DNA of 64,000 nt, filler included, from Circinaria calcarea (taxonomy: Eukaryota): NCBI GenBank assembly GCA_051942165.1. It is 15 parts of 15 records of this genome, joined end to end, with 100 filler letters (N's around TTAATTAATTAA, not from the genome) between each part and the next. Parts side by side here need not be neighbours in the genome. Positions count along the whole stretch, not along the records: positions 25,683 to 29,856 come from JAVECS010002421.1; positions 29,957 to 34,127 come from JAVECS010002422.1; positions 34,228 to 38,398 come from JAVECS010002423.1; positions 38,499 to 42,668 come from JAVECS010002424.1; positions 42,769 to 46,938 come from JAVECS010002425.1; 10 more parts are not named here. One strand, written 5' to 3'. Positions 28,880 through 43,213 of this stretch are shown piece after piece (the stretch's first letter is position 1; each line of letters opens with the position of its first letter). Under the pieces are notes generated by a model that did no database searches, was not told the DNA's origin, and saw nothing but the letters and a program-made list of their open reading frames with translations. A program made the translations under genes and the position numbers.

Positions 28880-29489
28880 TTAGAAATATCTATCGAGTGC
28901 ACGACCAAACACAGCATGTTCACATTGCCACACGGCATTGAATATGCGTCACAGGATGTTGGAGGAAGAGAGATATATACACTTTCCCATCGGCAATAAC
29001 GTTTACATACCAACACCTACTTAGACAGTGTTCGATTCGTTCTCCTCAGTTTCCACATGAAAATTCTCCCAAGCTGGCTTTTTGACCTTTTTCTACCTGA
29101 ATAGCGCAGTTGCTAGTAAGATAACTTCATACACTAAAACACCTTACCATGGCTTCCTGCCTCCCGTAGCGGAGGACCTCAAACCCAAACTCAAGATCCA
29201 AGGCGTCAAGATGTGAATCATGGGCCAAGGGAATTCACTAAAAACAAAAGTGTGGGCTAACCGAAATTGGTACACTTGGTGCGACAATGCTGTATCTCTA
29301 ATAGTAGTTGGGGGGTTTTCATAAGTACATTTCGGGTATACCTCCGCTATGTAAAAAAGCCAAGGGAGGACCAAGCACCGTCACGAGATTCCACATGAGC
29401 TTCGTAACGCTTGGCGAAAATAACAGGACATGACAGGAGAGAATATGCAGCAAAACAGCGAGGGCAGTTCTTAGAGCGAGGCAGAATCC

Positions 29490-29856
29490 TCAAGCAGCCC
29501 CGTTAACCACTATTCTTTCCCCCTGAATACTCAACCTCCCCATTGATTCCATCGCCGCCTTCTTGTCGTCCGTCATCGGATGTAGGGTCGCCACAATCTC
29601 CCTCCTCTCCTTACCGCCGACACTCCCTACCGCCATCGCCACCAGCATCCCATTCTCCCCCGGAACCCACTTGATCGGGCCTTGCGGCCATGCGCGCTGG
29701 CTCGGGGCCATTTCTGCCTGCGGGCTTGCCCATGTGATGTGCTTTTCTTCTGCCGGATCGAGCACGGGTGGCTGGCCATAGGAGTAATCGAGCTCGCCAC
29801 CGTACTTTTTGGGGATGTTGGTTGGGTCGATGAAGGTGGAGAGGGTGCGGAAGGAG
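29490..29856 (-). CDS. CRAL-TRIO/Sec14-like protein, C-terminal fragment
   Basis: TLSTFIDPTNIPKKYGGELDYSYG..GPIKW..AVGSVGGKERREIVA; IPxxYGG is the Sec14 C-terminal signature. Confidence 0.8.
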
Positions 29857-30616
29857 NNNNNNNNNNNNNNNNNNNNNNNNNNNNNNNNNNNNNNNNNNNN
29901 TTAATTAATTAANNNNNNNNNNNNNNNNNNNNNNNNNNNNNNNNNNNNNNNNNNNNCCCTAAATCCTACTTTCACTCACAATCCCCAAAATCCCCGGCAG
30001 GATCCTCCTGTACACCAGGCACAACACCCAAAGGGAAAGGGACTATATATAGCGTCAGAGAAAAATTCGAAACGGCCCCTTTTTTACCGAGAAACCGTGA
30101 CGATTTGCCACAATCAAGGGAGAATGATTCAACTCACCCAGAGAGTACTATACTCGAAATGAATGAATGTAGGCGAGGAGCATTCGGGTTCATTGGAGCC
30201 CTCTACAGCCTTTGGGGGGTCGCGGAAGTTTATTTGTAACGGGCTCGGAGCTGTGCTGTGATGGCACTTTTTGTAAATTGGGGATCCGAGGGGAAGGGGG
30301 TAGTTTCACTCGACTGTATCACGCATCGACTTTTGCCTAGTTCGTACCTTTGTAGTGACATGTAATTTTGAGGAGAAAACAGGGGTCCTGCTTGATTATT
30401 TTATTTTTATGTACATGTAAACAGGCCAAGGGAAGGTATCTGAGCGCCTTATTTCAGCCAGGCCAGTGCATGTTGTCCTGCCTGCAAAGGGTATCATTGA
30501 TGCTAATGTCCACCTGATACTCCAATGTTCATAACCTTATGTAATGCAAAGCAACCCGACCTATGTTCAAATGTAAGCACCCCAACACGACATCCTCCCC
30601 CACGACAGAATGAGCG

Positions 30617-32563
30617 TCAAAGTGTCTGTGCGAGAGCTGGGGACGCATCTGCCTCTAAATTTTGGACGCTACCTAGATTCGAGGGCTGCTCAAGTACCTG
30701 CTGTATCGCCGTAGGATCGAGGTATGATGAATCGCCCTCATGGCCCGTATGAGTCAGGCAGCCGATGCATGCGCAATCGCTCCCGCATTGACAGCCTCCG
30801 CTGATGTCTGTACAGCCAAGGTGCAGACCTTCTTGATCCAAGGGAAATTCCATCGTGTAATAGCTAGAAGATGAATACACGGGATATGGAGGCAGAGGAG
30901 ACCCCAAGGCTGCCGAGGTTGCAAAACCATCCGCGTTCTGATTCATCGGGGTAGCAGCCAGCTCTTGAGGACTTCTTGTAGTTGTTGGCGAAGTGATATG
31001 TTCATGATTCGCAGAAGCATCCCCTGACAGCATATTATGAATGTTTATCATATCGACAGGGCTTCCATAAGAAGACTGGGGTCGGCTGAAATCATGACCG
31101 ACGTGACCATCTTCCAGTATTCGTCCAAGGTCTTGGACATGATGTCGAGTTGTGGCATTATACGGATGAGCAGCACATCCGAGGCAATTACAACCATCAC
31201 CACAGTTGCAATTGTGTATCGAATTGAATATATTACTCCCATCAGCAGAAGGTGCTGCCGATCCTGTAAGACCATAAGGCGCTTGATATGGAATTGTCTG
31301 GGCAAAGCCATTGGGGCTCTGCTGGAGATAAGCTAATCGAGTAGGATTAAGAGGGTGGCTTGCGGTAGCGTAGGTAGGAGGTAGAGTATACAAAGTGGTT
31401 TGCTCAGGACAGAAATACCAGTTACCAGGAACCGGTGAGTGGCCCAACGATGCCTTTGCGCCTAAGCTCGCATCAAGCGGCATCTGCTGAGTACCTCCAT
31501 ATGTTTCATAAGAGTGGTGCTGAGAAACAAAATTATTTGCGTTTCCCGTGCCATTCTTCCCGTTAGTCTGCTCCTCTAAAAATTGTGGGGTTGCTGTGCT
31601 GGTTTTCCCATGGCAACACGAAGTTGGAGCAATTGAAGAGGCCTGTGGTTTGGGTTCATCCACAAGTGCTGGAGGCCATGCTTGAGATCGGGGGGACGAA
31701 ACCGATGACCCCGCATGCGATACGTGATAATCCTGACCATGTACTCCATTTGAGAACCTTTGCGACCTGCCAATTGATGTTCTAGATCTTTCCCTTTCTA
31801 AATCTCGTCCATTAGCATATGCTTCACCTTGCGGTCCAATAGACGAAATTGCCCTATCCTGGTTGCTTTCTTGTATGTAAGCCTTCTCGTTGTGTCCGTG
31901 TAGGCTCCCATTTGTCTGCATAGGTTGGATAAACTCTTGCTTTGGCGATACGCGAGGCAGTAGAGACCCTTTAGTTCGCTGATCGGCTTCAATACCTCTT
32001 GCAACTGCCTGTGGGCTTACGATGCTTCCTCTCTTTTGACTCGCCTTTTGTATTCGGTACGAATCAGTCACGGGCGAAGTTAAGGCCTGAGGTAGATTGG
32101 TGAAAGCATAAGAGTCTGGAGGTGTCTCTGGCTGCAAGGGTAGACCATCAGGTCCAAGGGAATATGCTGGCGCACATATACAACTTGAAGCTACGGCTCG
32201 TCAGTTGAGCGTCGTCAAGATGAACCTTTCAGGAGACAGCTCCACGCCATTCTGAGACTACCTTTAGGAATCCTAACCATCATCACTCTTTCCTTGCCGC
32301 AAGAACATTGATTTTTAGGGTGGGGACAGGTCGACAATGGCCGGCCTGGTTTCTTGACCCGGAGCATGAAACGGTCCCAATGCTCACACCTAGTCGAACG
32401 ATGTCCTCGGATGCATGGTTCGCTAATGCAGTCAGTCAGGGCGAACATGTAAGAAGTCGGTATTATGCGCCGTTCGTAGCGCAATGTAGAACAATGCACT
32501 GCCAGCTGATCGCAAGAGAGCAACTCACCATGCCCACTTATCCCCATTCTCATCTGCCGGCAT
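30617..32563 (-). CDS. Copper-fist transcription factor (Ace1/AceA/Haa1-like); exons ~32563-32529, 32422-32262, 32190-30617
   Basis: KWAC|EPCIRGHRSTRCEH..KKPGRPLSTCPH; Cys clusters CNCGDGCNCLGCAAHP and CQCGSDCACIGCLTH. Confidence 0.88.
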
Positions 32564-33170
32564 CGTTGGCAGACAGGTTCAGTCGAGGTGGGTTCGGCTT
32601 GATGTGAAGGGCTCAGAAATGGAGAGGCTACTTGGAGGCGAGACGCCGCATGCCCTAGAACTCGAGCTTATCGGGATCGAGGCTGGAACCAATAACATCT
32701 TCATCCGACCAAGTATGAGGACCGTCTTGCTCGATTCGAGTCCTCTCAGCTCTTCTTATTCCATGAGCAGGAGGAGCCCAGAATAGGTCCCCGAGGCAGT
32801 CTGTGATTGTGCATAGAATCAGGTAATCGTGTGCGGCTACATATCGAAGTGTACGGAGGTAGAAGGTGGGGGTTTCCCGAAGTCCGTTATCGGCTAGAAC
32901 ACCAAAGGCAGGTGCATGACAATGCAAACAGCTCTCGATATTCCACCCAGTACGAGAAGATCATTCGTGCTTCTGAATAGGAACCGGTCTGGCATAGGAA
33001 ACCAAGATAAACTCAAGATATATTCTGCGTGCACCGATCGAGCTACCCAGTCATAGTGATGCTTTTTATCTACAGACTAAGGGCGAATTACTCTGTGCGT
33101 ACACATAAACAGTGGATCAAATATATAACAACATATCTTCCTCCCCTTCTAACCTATCTAGACTTGCAAA

Positions 33171-34127
33171 TCACCACGCTTGTACCTTCCCCTCGCCTCG
33201 ATCCGATATAGAGTCGTTGCCCCAGTATCGGCCTGTGACGCCCCCAATGTCTTTGAATCCCAGACGAATCGGTATCTTTGCACCATCCGCTGTAATAGCG
33301 ATACGTTAGTGATTTACTACTCCAAGGTCTATTAGGAGGTCCTGCAGCGCTTACCTGGAGATTTGGGTGGGGCCGAACCAACCATCTTGCCCATGTCTGT
33401 TGACACCCACCCAGGGCAACAGCAGTTGATGATGAGCCCTGGGTTTTCGCGTGCAAGTATCGCTGTCAAGGCATTCTCGCAAGCCTTACTAACGCTATAC
33501 GCCTGTTGAGGCCAGCCATTTCGCCTCTCTGTACCCTGCTCGGCACATTTCTAGAATTCGTCAGCTAGCTATCAATAGTTGCTTAATATCTGCCCCAGGG
33601 TAAGATACCTACCTCATAATTCTGCACCATCCCTTCGAGGTCAGATAGAGTCATCTTGGGGTTGCGAAACTGCTGTCTGATCTTGTCGCTATACTGGTTT
33701 AAGCTCGAACCCGTTGAGGATACATTGACAATTCGGCCATTTTTCTTCAGTAGCGGTATGAAAGCTTGGCACATCTGCTTATTGTCAGGACTCACTCAAA
33801 TTTGTAGTGCACGAAGTTACTCACGTGAAGTGTCCCCCGATAATTGGTATCCAGCGTTTTCTTGACATTCTCGGCCGAGTACTCATCATCGAGATTCACA
33901 CCCGCGTTATTTATCAGCACATCGCATCCATTGTGCTCCTTATTGATCTGATCCGCCAGTCCCCGGATACTGGACTGGTCGGCTATATCCAATTTTGGAT
34001 ATCTGATTTGAACACTAGTCGACGAAGATTTGATCCCCAAGTCAACCCCTTTCCTAGAAGTGGCGTAGAGGACAAGGGGTTCTTGGATGCTAGTTGCCAG
34101 TGTGTGGCAGATGGCCTCACCGATACC
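33171..34127 (-). CDS. Short-chain dehydrogenase, carbonyl-reductase-like, 5'-truncated, multi-exon
   Basis: GIGEAIC, LDIAD, DVLINNAG, GRIVNVSS, YSVSK (YxxxK), CCPGWVSTDMG. Confidence 0.9.
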
Positions 34128-34838
34128 NNNNNNNNNNNNNNNNNNNNNNNNNNNNNNNNNNNNNNNNNNNNTTAATTAATTAANNNNNNNNNNNNNNNNN
34201 NNNNNNNNNNNNNNNNNNNNNNNNNNNCCCCTATTCCCCTCCTCCCCTGTTCCCCGGAAACCGTCAAACGCAAAACACCAACAGAACTGTACACGAAATC
34301 CCCATTCCCATTCCCCTTCTCCTTCTCGCACGTACGGAGTACGGTTTACATCAAATATCAGATATCCGAGGGCTGTGGGTTCATTCTGGAGAGGAGAGTT
34401 CGGTTGGGAAAGGAGAGTACCTTATCCAATTACCGACGGGGATATTTATAGAAAGGGTGTTCATCGATTCCGAGCTACTATACTGTGGCTTTTTACTCTA
34501 TGGTAGCGCACACAGGGCTCGCAGAAAGGGGTCCATAGGGGTTCACTGAGGTAATCCATTGGTGGAACTTGGATGCGCCAATAGTATGTTGTCACTACAT
34601 TTATGTTATACAAGGGGTTATGGCCATATTGTTTCTTTCGTCTTCATAGGATATATGGATCACTATGCAAGTCCTCTGTGCTACTGTTGCACATTCTGAA
34701 TAAGGGAGAGGGAGTATATAACCATTCACGCGCAATCTTTGGAGAGACGAGCGATTCGATTGAAACCAAGTTTGTTCTCTACTTGACATAAACCCATGCC
34801 TATTCCCATCCACGCGCGCATCTGTGCTTTGTGGAAAA

Positions 34839-35944
34839 CTAGCTCCAATGGTTCTTCGGTCGTTCCTGCTTGATCCCATCGATCCAGATGTCGACTTTTT
34901 CGTTGTAGAAACAGAACTGGAGATATCGTCAAGAAGGAAGCTGGGGGGTTACTCAGGAGTTGAGGAAAGGGCTTACCCGTCCGGCGACGAAAGCGCATTC
35001 GTGCGTCGGGAGCTTGTACCACCAGATTGCGTCCTTGTGCTCGGTCCCATTGATGGTGACGTTGTAGTAGCTGGGGGTTATTAGTCAAACATGAGGGTTG
35101 ACCGGCGGAGACAAGTTTTACGTACTTTGCGTCTCCTTTGTAAGGGCAACTCGTGATTGTCTTACTCTCTGTCAGGAGCTCGTGCTTGACCTAGTGTACC
35201 GCGTTAACATCCCGGCTGTCGCTACTTCTTTCTTCTCCACATACCGAGGTCTGCGGTAGATAATATCTGGGTGGTAACCCCGTCTCGAATAACATCATCA
35301 CGTTACTGCTCTTCCCAACCTCTACCCCGTCAATCTCGACTCTGACTTCCCGCGTCGAAGGAAGAACGTCGACACGGACATGAGGATCTCTGGGATGAAC
35401 ATATATCTCGACATCTTCCTCGTACCAGGCATCCATGGCGGCGAAGTCGAACCGGACAAGACCTTCCAGCGGCCCGGTATTGAACAATACGGCTATAGGG
35501 CCGCTGTCTTGGCTGAGGATGGTGAAGTTGGAGCTAGAATCCTTGTCCTCCTTCCAGCCATTTGTCTTGACAAACTTGTGAGGGATATAGTACCTAACCT
35601 CGAATCAGCAAGGACTGGTACCGACGAGGATGAGATGTGGAGACTTGAGGTACTGAGGATAAAAGGGATCGTCGCGCTCCCAGACATATTTGGCTTCGAT
35701 AGTATCGACAATGTACTCTTTGTTAAGCAAGATTCGGATTCTCTTGTGGCAAGGTTCGGTTTTGTAAGGACCTCCCCTGGCAAGGAGCTTCTTCGCGATT
35801 GCTGCAAGGCTGTCCAGTGTCAGTACCTAAACACTGCCTCTAATATGACTCGAGAGCCTACTCTGTCATTGCGCTAGGTACGCGGATGGTCTGGGAAGCT
35901 TTGCTGGGCTCTTGGCTTTTTGCCTTGCCTGACCACCAGGGCAT
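34839..35944 (-). CDS. Tandem DUF427 domain protein, multi-exon; start 35944 or 35869
   Basis: KTEPCHKRIRILLN..YVWE..YPQYYIP; DAWYEED..HPRDPHVRVD..LFETGLPPRYYLP..TSCPYKGDANYY..WWY..FCFYNEKVDIWIDG. Confidence 0.85.
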
Positions 35945-36349
35945 CTGGACGAGTTGTTTGGAATTCAGATAAGTAGGCTACGGCGGGATGCTGACTGAAT
36001 GATCACTACCGAGTAATCGGTACCTGGAAAGGGTCGGGATTATCCCGAATCACAACGTGAAGGTTCCCTTCCTCCGTCGATGTAGTTTGGAGGTCCAATC
36101 AAAATACATGAGATGACATTTCCTGGCAAAGGCATGCATGCAACGTTCGTCGTCAGCCAATCATTGTATCCGTCTTCCATGTTCCCCCGGGCTCCTCCAG
36201 CAGAGCGCTATGGTTAGAAACAACAAACGAGGCGGGTGAGCAGAAGTCGTTGGCGAAAAGATCAATATGATACTCGAGGTCCTTTGCAGCAATCATCGCT
36301 CATCGAATAATCGAGTAGCATGAGCGTATAGAAGTCCGGATCCAAACCT

Positions 36350-36372
36350 GATTGATTGATTGATTGATTGAT
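36350..36372. repeat. (GATT)n microsatellite
   Basis: Read directly, about 5.5 copies. Confidence 0.9.
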
Positions 36373-37196
36373 AGTAGACACGGGGATAAGATAATCCGGG
36401 GAATTTAGTATTTACCTACTTCGGACTTGGCTTTACCAATGCAGTGGTACTGTAGGCGGGAAGAAAAGCGCGGATCCCTACCTCACTTAGTACAATCCCC
36501 GGCCAGTTGGGTTAATGACCTGCAGTAGCCTCTATGACTGGGAAGGGGAGCCTCGAATGATTATTGACACGCAGTAGGTGTGAAAGGCGATGCTTTGATA
36601 AACATCTCCATTCAAACACCCAACGCACCTGCAATGTCACACGCTTCTCCCCGCTGGTGACGATGAATGCCAGATACGTACTTGGCTCGTCACCACCTCT
36701 TGGCTCTCTTCTCCCCCGCCCAACCCTTTCCACTCTCGTCCGCCCGCTTTTCCTCTTCAACCACACGTCTCTCCAGTAGACTCGCGACGTGCATATCGAC
36801 GTGCCGAGAGGAGGCTGGGATCCGCTTAGACCGTTGCATCCTCATTCTGCAATTCTCCGTCACCTTACCCCGTACTGCTGCCGTCTTTTTTTCTTTTTCG
36901 TCTGCACGCAGGACCCCCGCCATTTAACCACGCAGCCAAGCTTTGTTACCCCCACGCAGATGTTCGATTGGACGAGCTCCACTGCCAGACAGACTCCTCT
37001 ACAGTGAGCGATAGGCTAAATCAACACACATATTGTTGTAAGTCGACCTGATCCTGTATAACCTGCTTTGTCGTCTGAATGTAGCTGAAGACCCATCGTC
37101 ATCAAAAATTCTAGCTATATGCAATACTGATATGTTGTAGGACGTTTCACCGGAACTTTTTCAGCCATTGATGAGACCACTTCTCTCTGCTCCACG

Positions 37197-38398
<1,202 letters not shown>

Positions 38399-38498
38399 NN
38401 NNNNNNNNNNNNNNNNNNNNNNNNNNNNNNNNNNNNNNNNNNTTAATTAATTAANNNNNNNNNNNNNNNNNNNNNNNNNNNNNNNNNNNNNNNNNNNN

Positions 38499-39925
38499 TG
38501 CTCAAGAGTCTGGTTCTTGATCGCAGCCTCGAGGTCGGCGATTTCTTCTCTTTGGCGTAGGAGATCTGCTTGCTGTTCAAGGACATCTTCGTCGACCTCG
38601 TCAGAAGCGTTGGCATCTGAGCCGGAGGATTCGTCATCGCTGTCTTCTTTCGCCGAAGTAGCGGCTGGAGGAGTCGGGGCTTCGGTATCGGTGAAGTTGG
38701 ATGTTTCGACAATGGTGGGAGCGTTATCAATCACCGGGGTTGACGCAGCCTCGTCAGCGTCGCCCTCCATCATTGCCATCATCAAGTCCGCCTCCAAGCC
38801 ATCATCCTCGACTTCTGCGCCAATAAGATAACCGGTATTCTCGTCCACCTCTCCATCAGCATTCCGGTCACCGTATTCGCTTTCACCTTGCATGCCTGCG
38901 TTGCCTAACATGTCGAACCCTTCCGCGCTTTCCTCCCTCCTGCTCTGCTCTTTGCTCAGTCTGTCCAGATCTATGACCTCGACTCGACTATCTCCCTCAC
39001 ACTCTTCATCAAGTCTGAGTAATCTCTCCACCTCCTCCTCCACAGCCTCAATCGTCCGATTGCTTACTCTCTTACGGAAGCGCCTTTTCCTAACCCATCG
39101 CATTGGCGGTGTCAACCCGTGTGCATACTGCCACGTCGCCTTATCAAGCTCCCGTCCTGGCAAGGGGTAGTCTAATGCATCGTCTTCCTTCGTCACCTGT
39201 CCCAACACAAGTAGCATCTGGCAGATATCCGCACTCTTCCACCACCCTCTCCGATCCCAACTTTTCATTCCTTCAATCACACACGGCAGATCCACCAGAC
39301 AAGCTGCGTAGTGCCTTCCTCTGATAGTTACCACTGCTCGCCGACCATCACGCCCCAAAAATTTCATTCTTACGTCCGCCCCGCCTTCACTCCTTGGACC
39401 CCACCTTTTCTCTTCGACCGCTTTACGTAGGTAGTCGCAATCCTCGCCGGGAGCCATGCGTAATATAAACTCCTCCTCAATGGCTGGGTCTACTTCTCGA
39501 TCAGAGGCTTCGCTATCGTAACCCACCCCCAAGGGTCTATGAGGCGGTTTTCCCTTCGCTTTCATGCGAATGAAGGGTGTTGTCGGAGCACGAGCATTGA
39601 GCTTAATCTTCTTAATTCCCGCGGATGGTACGGGCGCGGAAAGTGGTATGGGATCGTCATCTTCGCTGTGGGCCGCAAAGTCACGCTTTTTGGAAGTTGG
39701 TGTCGAGAGTCTGGGGGGTCGTTCTTTTTTGGGCTTTCGCGGGGCTTTTGCAGGTTTGGCTATAACATCGGGCTGAGGAAGAACGGGAGCTGTAGCTGTC
39801 TTGGGGGTTCCAGAGCCAAATTTGAGTGTCAATTTTGGTGTACTGGTTGAGGGTGTTGCAACTGGTTGAGAGGCGGCATGTCCAGTGGTAGAAAGCTTGA
39901 GCTTGAGGGTTGGTCGTTGTGACAT
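38499..39925 (-). CDS. TAF7: TFIID subunit Taf7 (TAFII55 N domain), 3'-truncated
   Basis: IEEEFILRM, ACLVDLPCVIEGMKSWD..KSADICQML, HGLTPPMRWVRKRRFRKR, IEAVEEEVERLL. Confidence 0.93.
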
Positions 39926-40268
39926 GATGAAGTGAGAGTATATGTTTAATACTATGGTATTTAGTCGCCTTCAAGTGCGATAGAAGGACGTAGTCTACTG
40001 CATCAAGGTGTGATATTGCAAGAATGGGGAAGTAGACTCCTCCGTAGGAAAGGAAAGCGAGGGGAACACCTCGCCAAGTCATTATAGATTATGGGCTCAG
40101 CCCGGATTTTCGCCGAGGGTATCATTATCTATTTTGGATTCAGATTCACCTGAACGCTACATTAGAACAATAGCTATGGGCTGATCTCTCTTATTCATCG
40201 ATCAACCGAACATGGTGCAAGCTAACCTAGAGAACGCATCAAGCAATCTTAAACCCTAAACGCATACA

Positions 40269-40972
40269 ATGTCTTCCAATGCTCTCCATAACTCCCTTCT
40301 ACGCCCACCAGTCCTACATATCCTCCGAGCGGCAGGCTTTAATGCCACGAGGCCTGCTGCTCTTGATACACTCGTGGACCTTGCTACACGGTACATATCG
40401 CTGTTAGCCACTACAGTGGCATCTCGTGCTTATTCAAATCATAATGAGGTCACTCCTACAATTACGGATTTACGCATGGCATTGCAAGATATAGGTGCTT
40501 TAGGGCCTCAGATAGGGGCGATGGAGGAGCAATGCAGAGGCGAAGAGGATACAAGAGGAGTGGATGGTTTCGTGGAGTGGCTAAAAGGCCCCGCTAATAG
40601 GGAAATCAGAAGGATTGCTGGGTTGGCTGCAACTGAGGGTGAGGTGGTGGATGTGGAAGCTGGGGCTGAAAGAGAAGACTTTCTTACCGGTACATTTTTC
40701 CAGTGTGTCGACTGCATGTTTGGTGCTGATATATGTGTTCAGTACTAAAGAAGAAGCACAGCAAGACTGGAGAGGAGTCCCGGTATCAAGGTACGGTGCT
40801 CGGTAAAAGTGCAGATGAGAAGATCATCATAATTGAAGGAGGGCATACAGAAAGTATTGAGGGATGGGAAGCCAAACTGCGCGAGCGGGGGCGGACACTA
40901 AAACCAGATTCCAACAGGAATATGAGCTCTGCTCCCATAAGTTCAGTCAGCAGTCCGCTTTCGGAGATATAA
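40269..40972 (+). CDS. TAF3: Bromodomain-associated (BTP) histone-fold protein, Taf3-like; intron 40690-40742
   Basis: LLRPPVLHILRAAGFNATRPAALDTLVDLATRY..PTITDLRMAL..FVEWLKG..EIRRIAG..DFLT|VLKKKH. Confidence 0.7.
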
Positions 40973-41345
40973 CAAGCCATTCTTTTGACTGGCATGCCGT
41001 GAAAAGATCTCATTCGTTGGTTCTTATTTGGAGTCTCCTCCATCGTTGCCATACGGTCCGGGGATGTTCACAAAGGATCCATCTACACGGCTATCTGCAT
41101 TTGATCCACTATTTCCACCACATTTCGTGATGATGTGCTTCATGTCTTGCAGATCATTCGTCTGTTTCTGGGTGTTCACACAAGTCGACTAGAACCATCT
41201 TCTTTGCGGGTATATCATTCTTCTGTTTCTCCAGTAAGGTGCTTCTCGTCACATCTAGAGCTGCGGCCGCAATTCGATTACCGCCTGGAACCATGCTCGG
41301 TTTTTATATTTCTGCTCGCGCTGCCTTTTCTGACCTTCTGCAGCC

Positions 41346-42298
41346 ATGGACGACCTCAATAGTACCTTTGCCTTGATAATAGAGCTTCAACTGGACGATA
41401 TCGATGAGCTGCGCTGGCGCAGAAGTTATGAGAATCGTGACACTGCTCTGGCAACGTGCAGGGAAAACTTATCACACGCCTACGAGCAATGGGAGAACAG
41501 CCGGAATGGTGACGATGAGGATACACAAGAAATCATATTTCCGAATATAGAAACTAAAAATGAGGGTTCGCAATCCTCCGGTGCCGTCTCTATCTCGTCA
41601 AAAACATCCTCATCAGAGACATCCTCGCCAAAGATATCCTCGCCAAAAACATCCAGCAAAGATCAAAATAATGTTATCTTTCAAGGGATTTGCGATATTT
41701 GCAGGGAAGACAGGCAATTCCTCGACGTACTACAAACGCCATGTTCACACGAATGGTGTGGTCCTTGCATCATAAGACACTTCGAAGCATCATTAAAAAA
41801 TGAGTCATCCTTCCCTCCGAGGTGCTGCGAGGAGGTAATCCCAGTGCAAATTGCAATGGATTTTGTGCGAGAAAGTTATATTCGGAGATTCGGTGCCAAG
41901 GATATCGAGTTATCGACAGAAAATCGGACTTATTGCGCTCGACCAGGCTGCTCGGCGTTTGTACCTCCAGCCTGTATCTCGGCTGATATCGGAACTTGCC
42001 AATTATGTGGACATCGGACATGTACTCAATGCAAAGGGAGCTCTCATGGGGTAGAAGAGTGCCCAGAGGATCCTAACCATCAAAGCCTGCTTACCCTTAT
42101 CTCGAAGAATAGGTGGAGGAGGTGCTATCAATGTAAGATGGTAGTTCAACGTGCCGCTGGTTGCAGCCATATGACGTATGTATTCCCGCATTTCTGCTTC
42201 GTTGTGTGAGGTAGATGTTGATTCTTGGCAGTTGCTTGTGTCGGGCTGAGTTCTGCTATGTCTGTGGGGCAAGATGGAAGACATGTTCTTGCCCTTGA
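41346..42298 (+). CDS. RBR (RING1-IBR-RING2) E3 ubiquitin ligase; intron ~42176-42231
   Basis: CDIC..PCSHEWCGPC..FPPRCC; RTYCARPGCS..CQLCGHRTCTQC..H..C; RCYQC..GCSHMT|CLCRAEFCYVCGARWKTCSC. Confidence 0.85.
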
Positions 42299-42768
42299 AT
42301 ACTCTGACCAAGATGGTGTTGCTAGAATCGTAGATGTCAGGGACCGAACCGATCTTCTTGCCGGTGTCAATATAACAATACAGTTGGATCTATTCATAGA
42401 GGACCTACTAGAAGGACATTACTGCGACTATCAAGCTGGGAAGGGCAGGACCCGTGGAGTTACAACGCTGCAATACATGTTGTGATCACTTTTCCTAAGT
42501 TTTACTTATGTCCAGGCAGGGTCCAGACCGGGTGCAAATGCCAATGGTGATGGAGAATCAGGAGACGAGGGATCTGATCCACCACTCTGTTGAAAGATCA
42601 CAACGGAAGTTCGCCATGGATAATGAACAATTCCAAAACCTTCTGCTTTCACTCGGTATTGCTGGCAGNNNNNNNNNNNNNNNNNNNNNNNNNNNNNNNN
42701 NNNNNNNNNNNNTTAATTAATTAANNNNNNNNNNNNNNNNNNNNNNNNNNNNNNNNNNNNNNNNNNNN

Positions 42769-42845
42769 CTCTTTCCTCTTTCCTCTTTCCTCTTTCCTCT
42801 TTCCTCTTTCCTCTTTCCTCTTTCCTCTTTCCTCTTTCCTCTTTT
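42769..42845. repeat. (CTCTTTC)n tandem repeat, ~10 copies, at contig start
   Basis: Read directly. Confidence 0.95.
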
Positions 42846-43213
42846 CTTTTCTCTTTTCTTTTCTTTTGCTGGGGGGTAAGTGAGTGGGTGGGTGGAATTA
42901 GAAAGCTAGAAGCTAGAGGCTAGAGAGGACGGGGATAGAGGTTGCATCCGTGAGATCTGGAACACACGGTGGACTTTTATTCTTTTCAATTCGAGGGTTA
43001 AAACCGGGGGGGGGGGGATTTCTGGTGAAAGGGAAATATTGGAAAGACGCATGAGGGTTATTTAGTTCGGGCTTCGATTGGAACCTCAATTACCAAACCG
43101 TACCCCTGGAGAGTATTTTATAGAAATTTCTTTGATATTCAATATATGCACAACGGGGTTCCCAAAATGATGCTTATGTACAGATTAATTCCCCCCCCCA
43201 AAACCAAGGGTCC

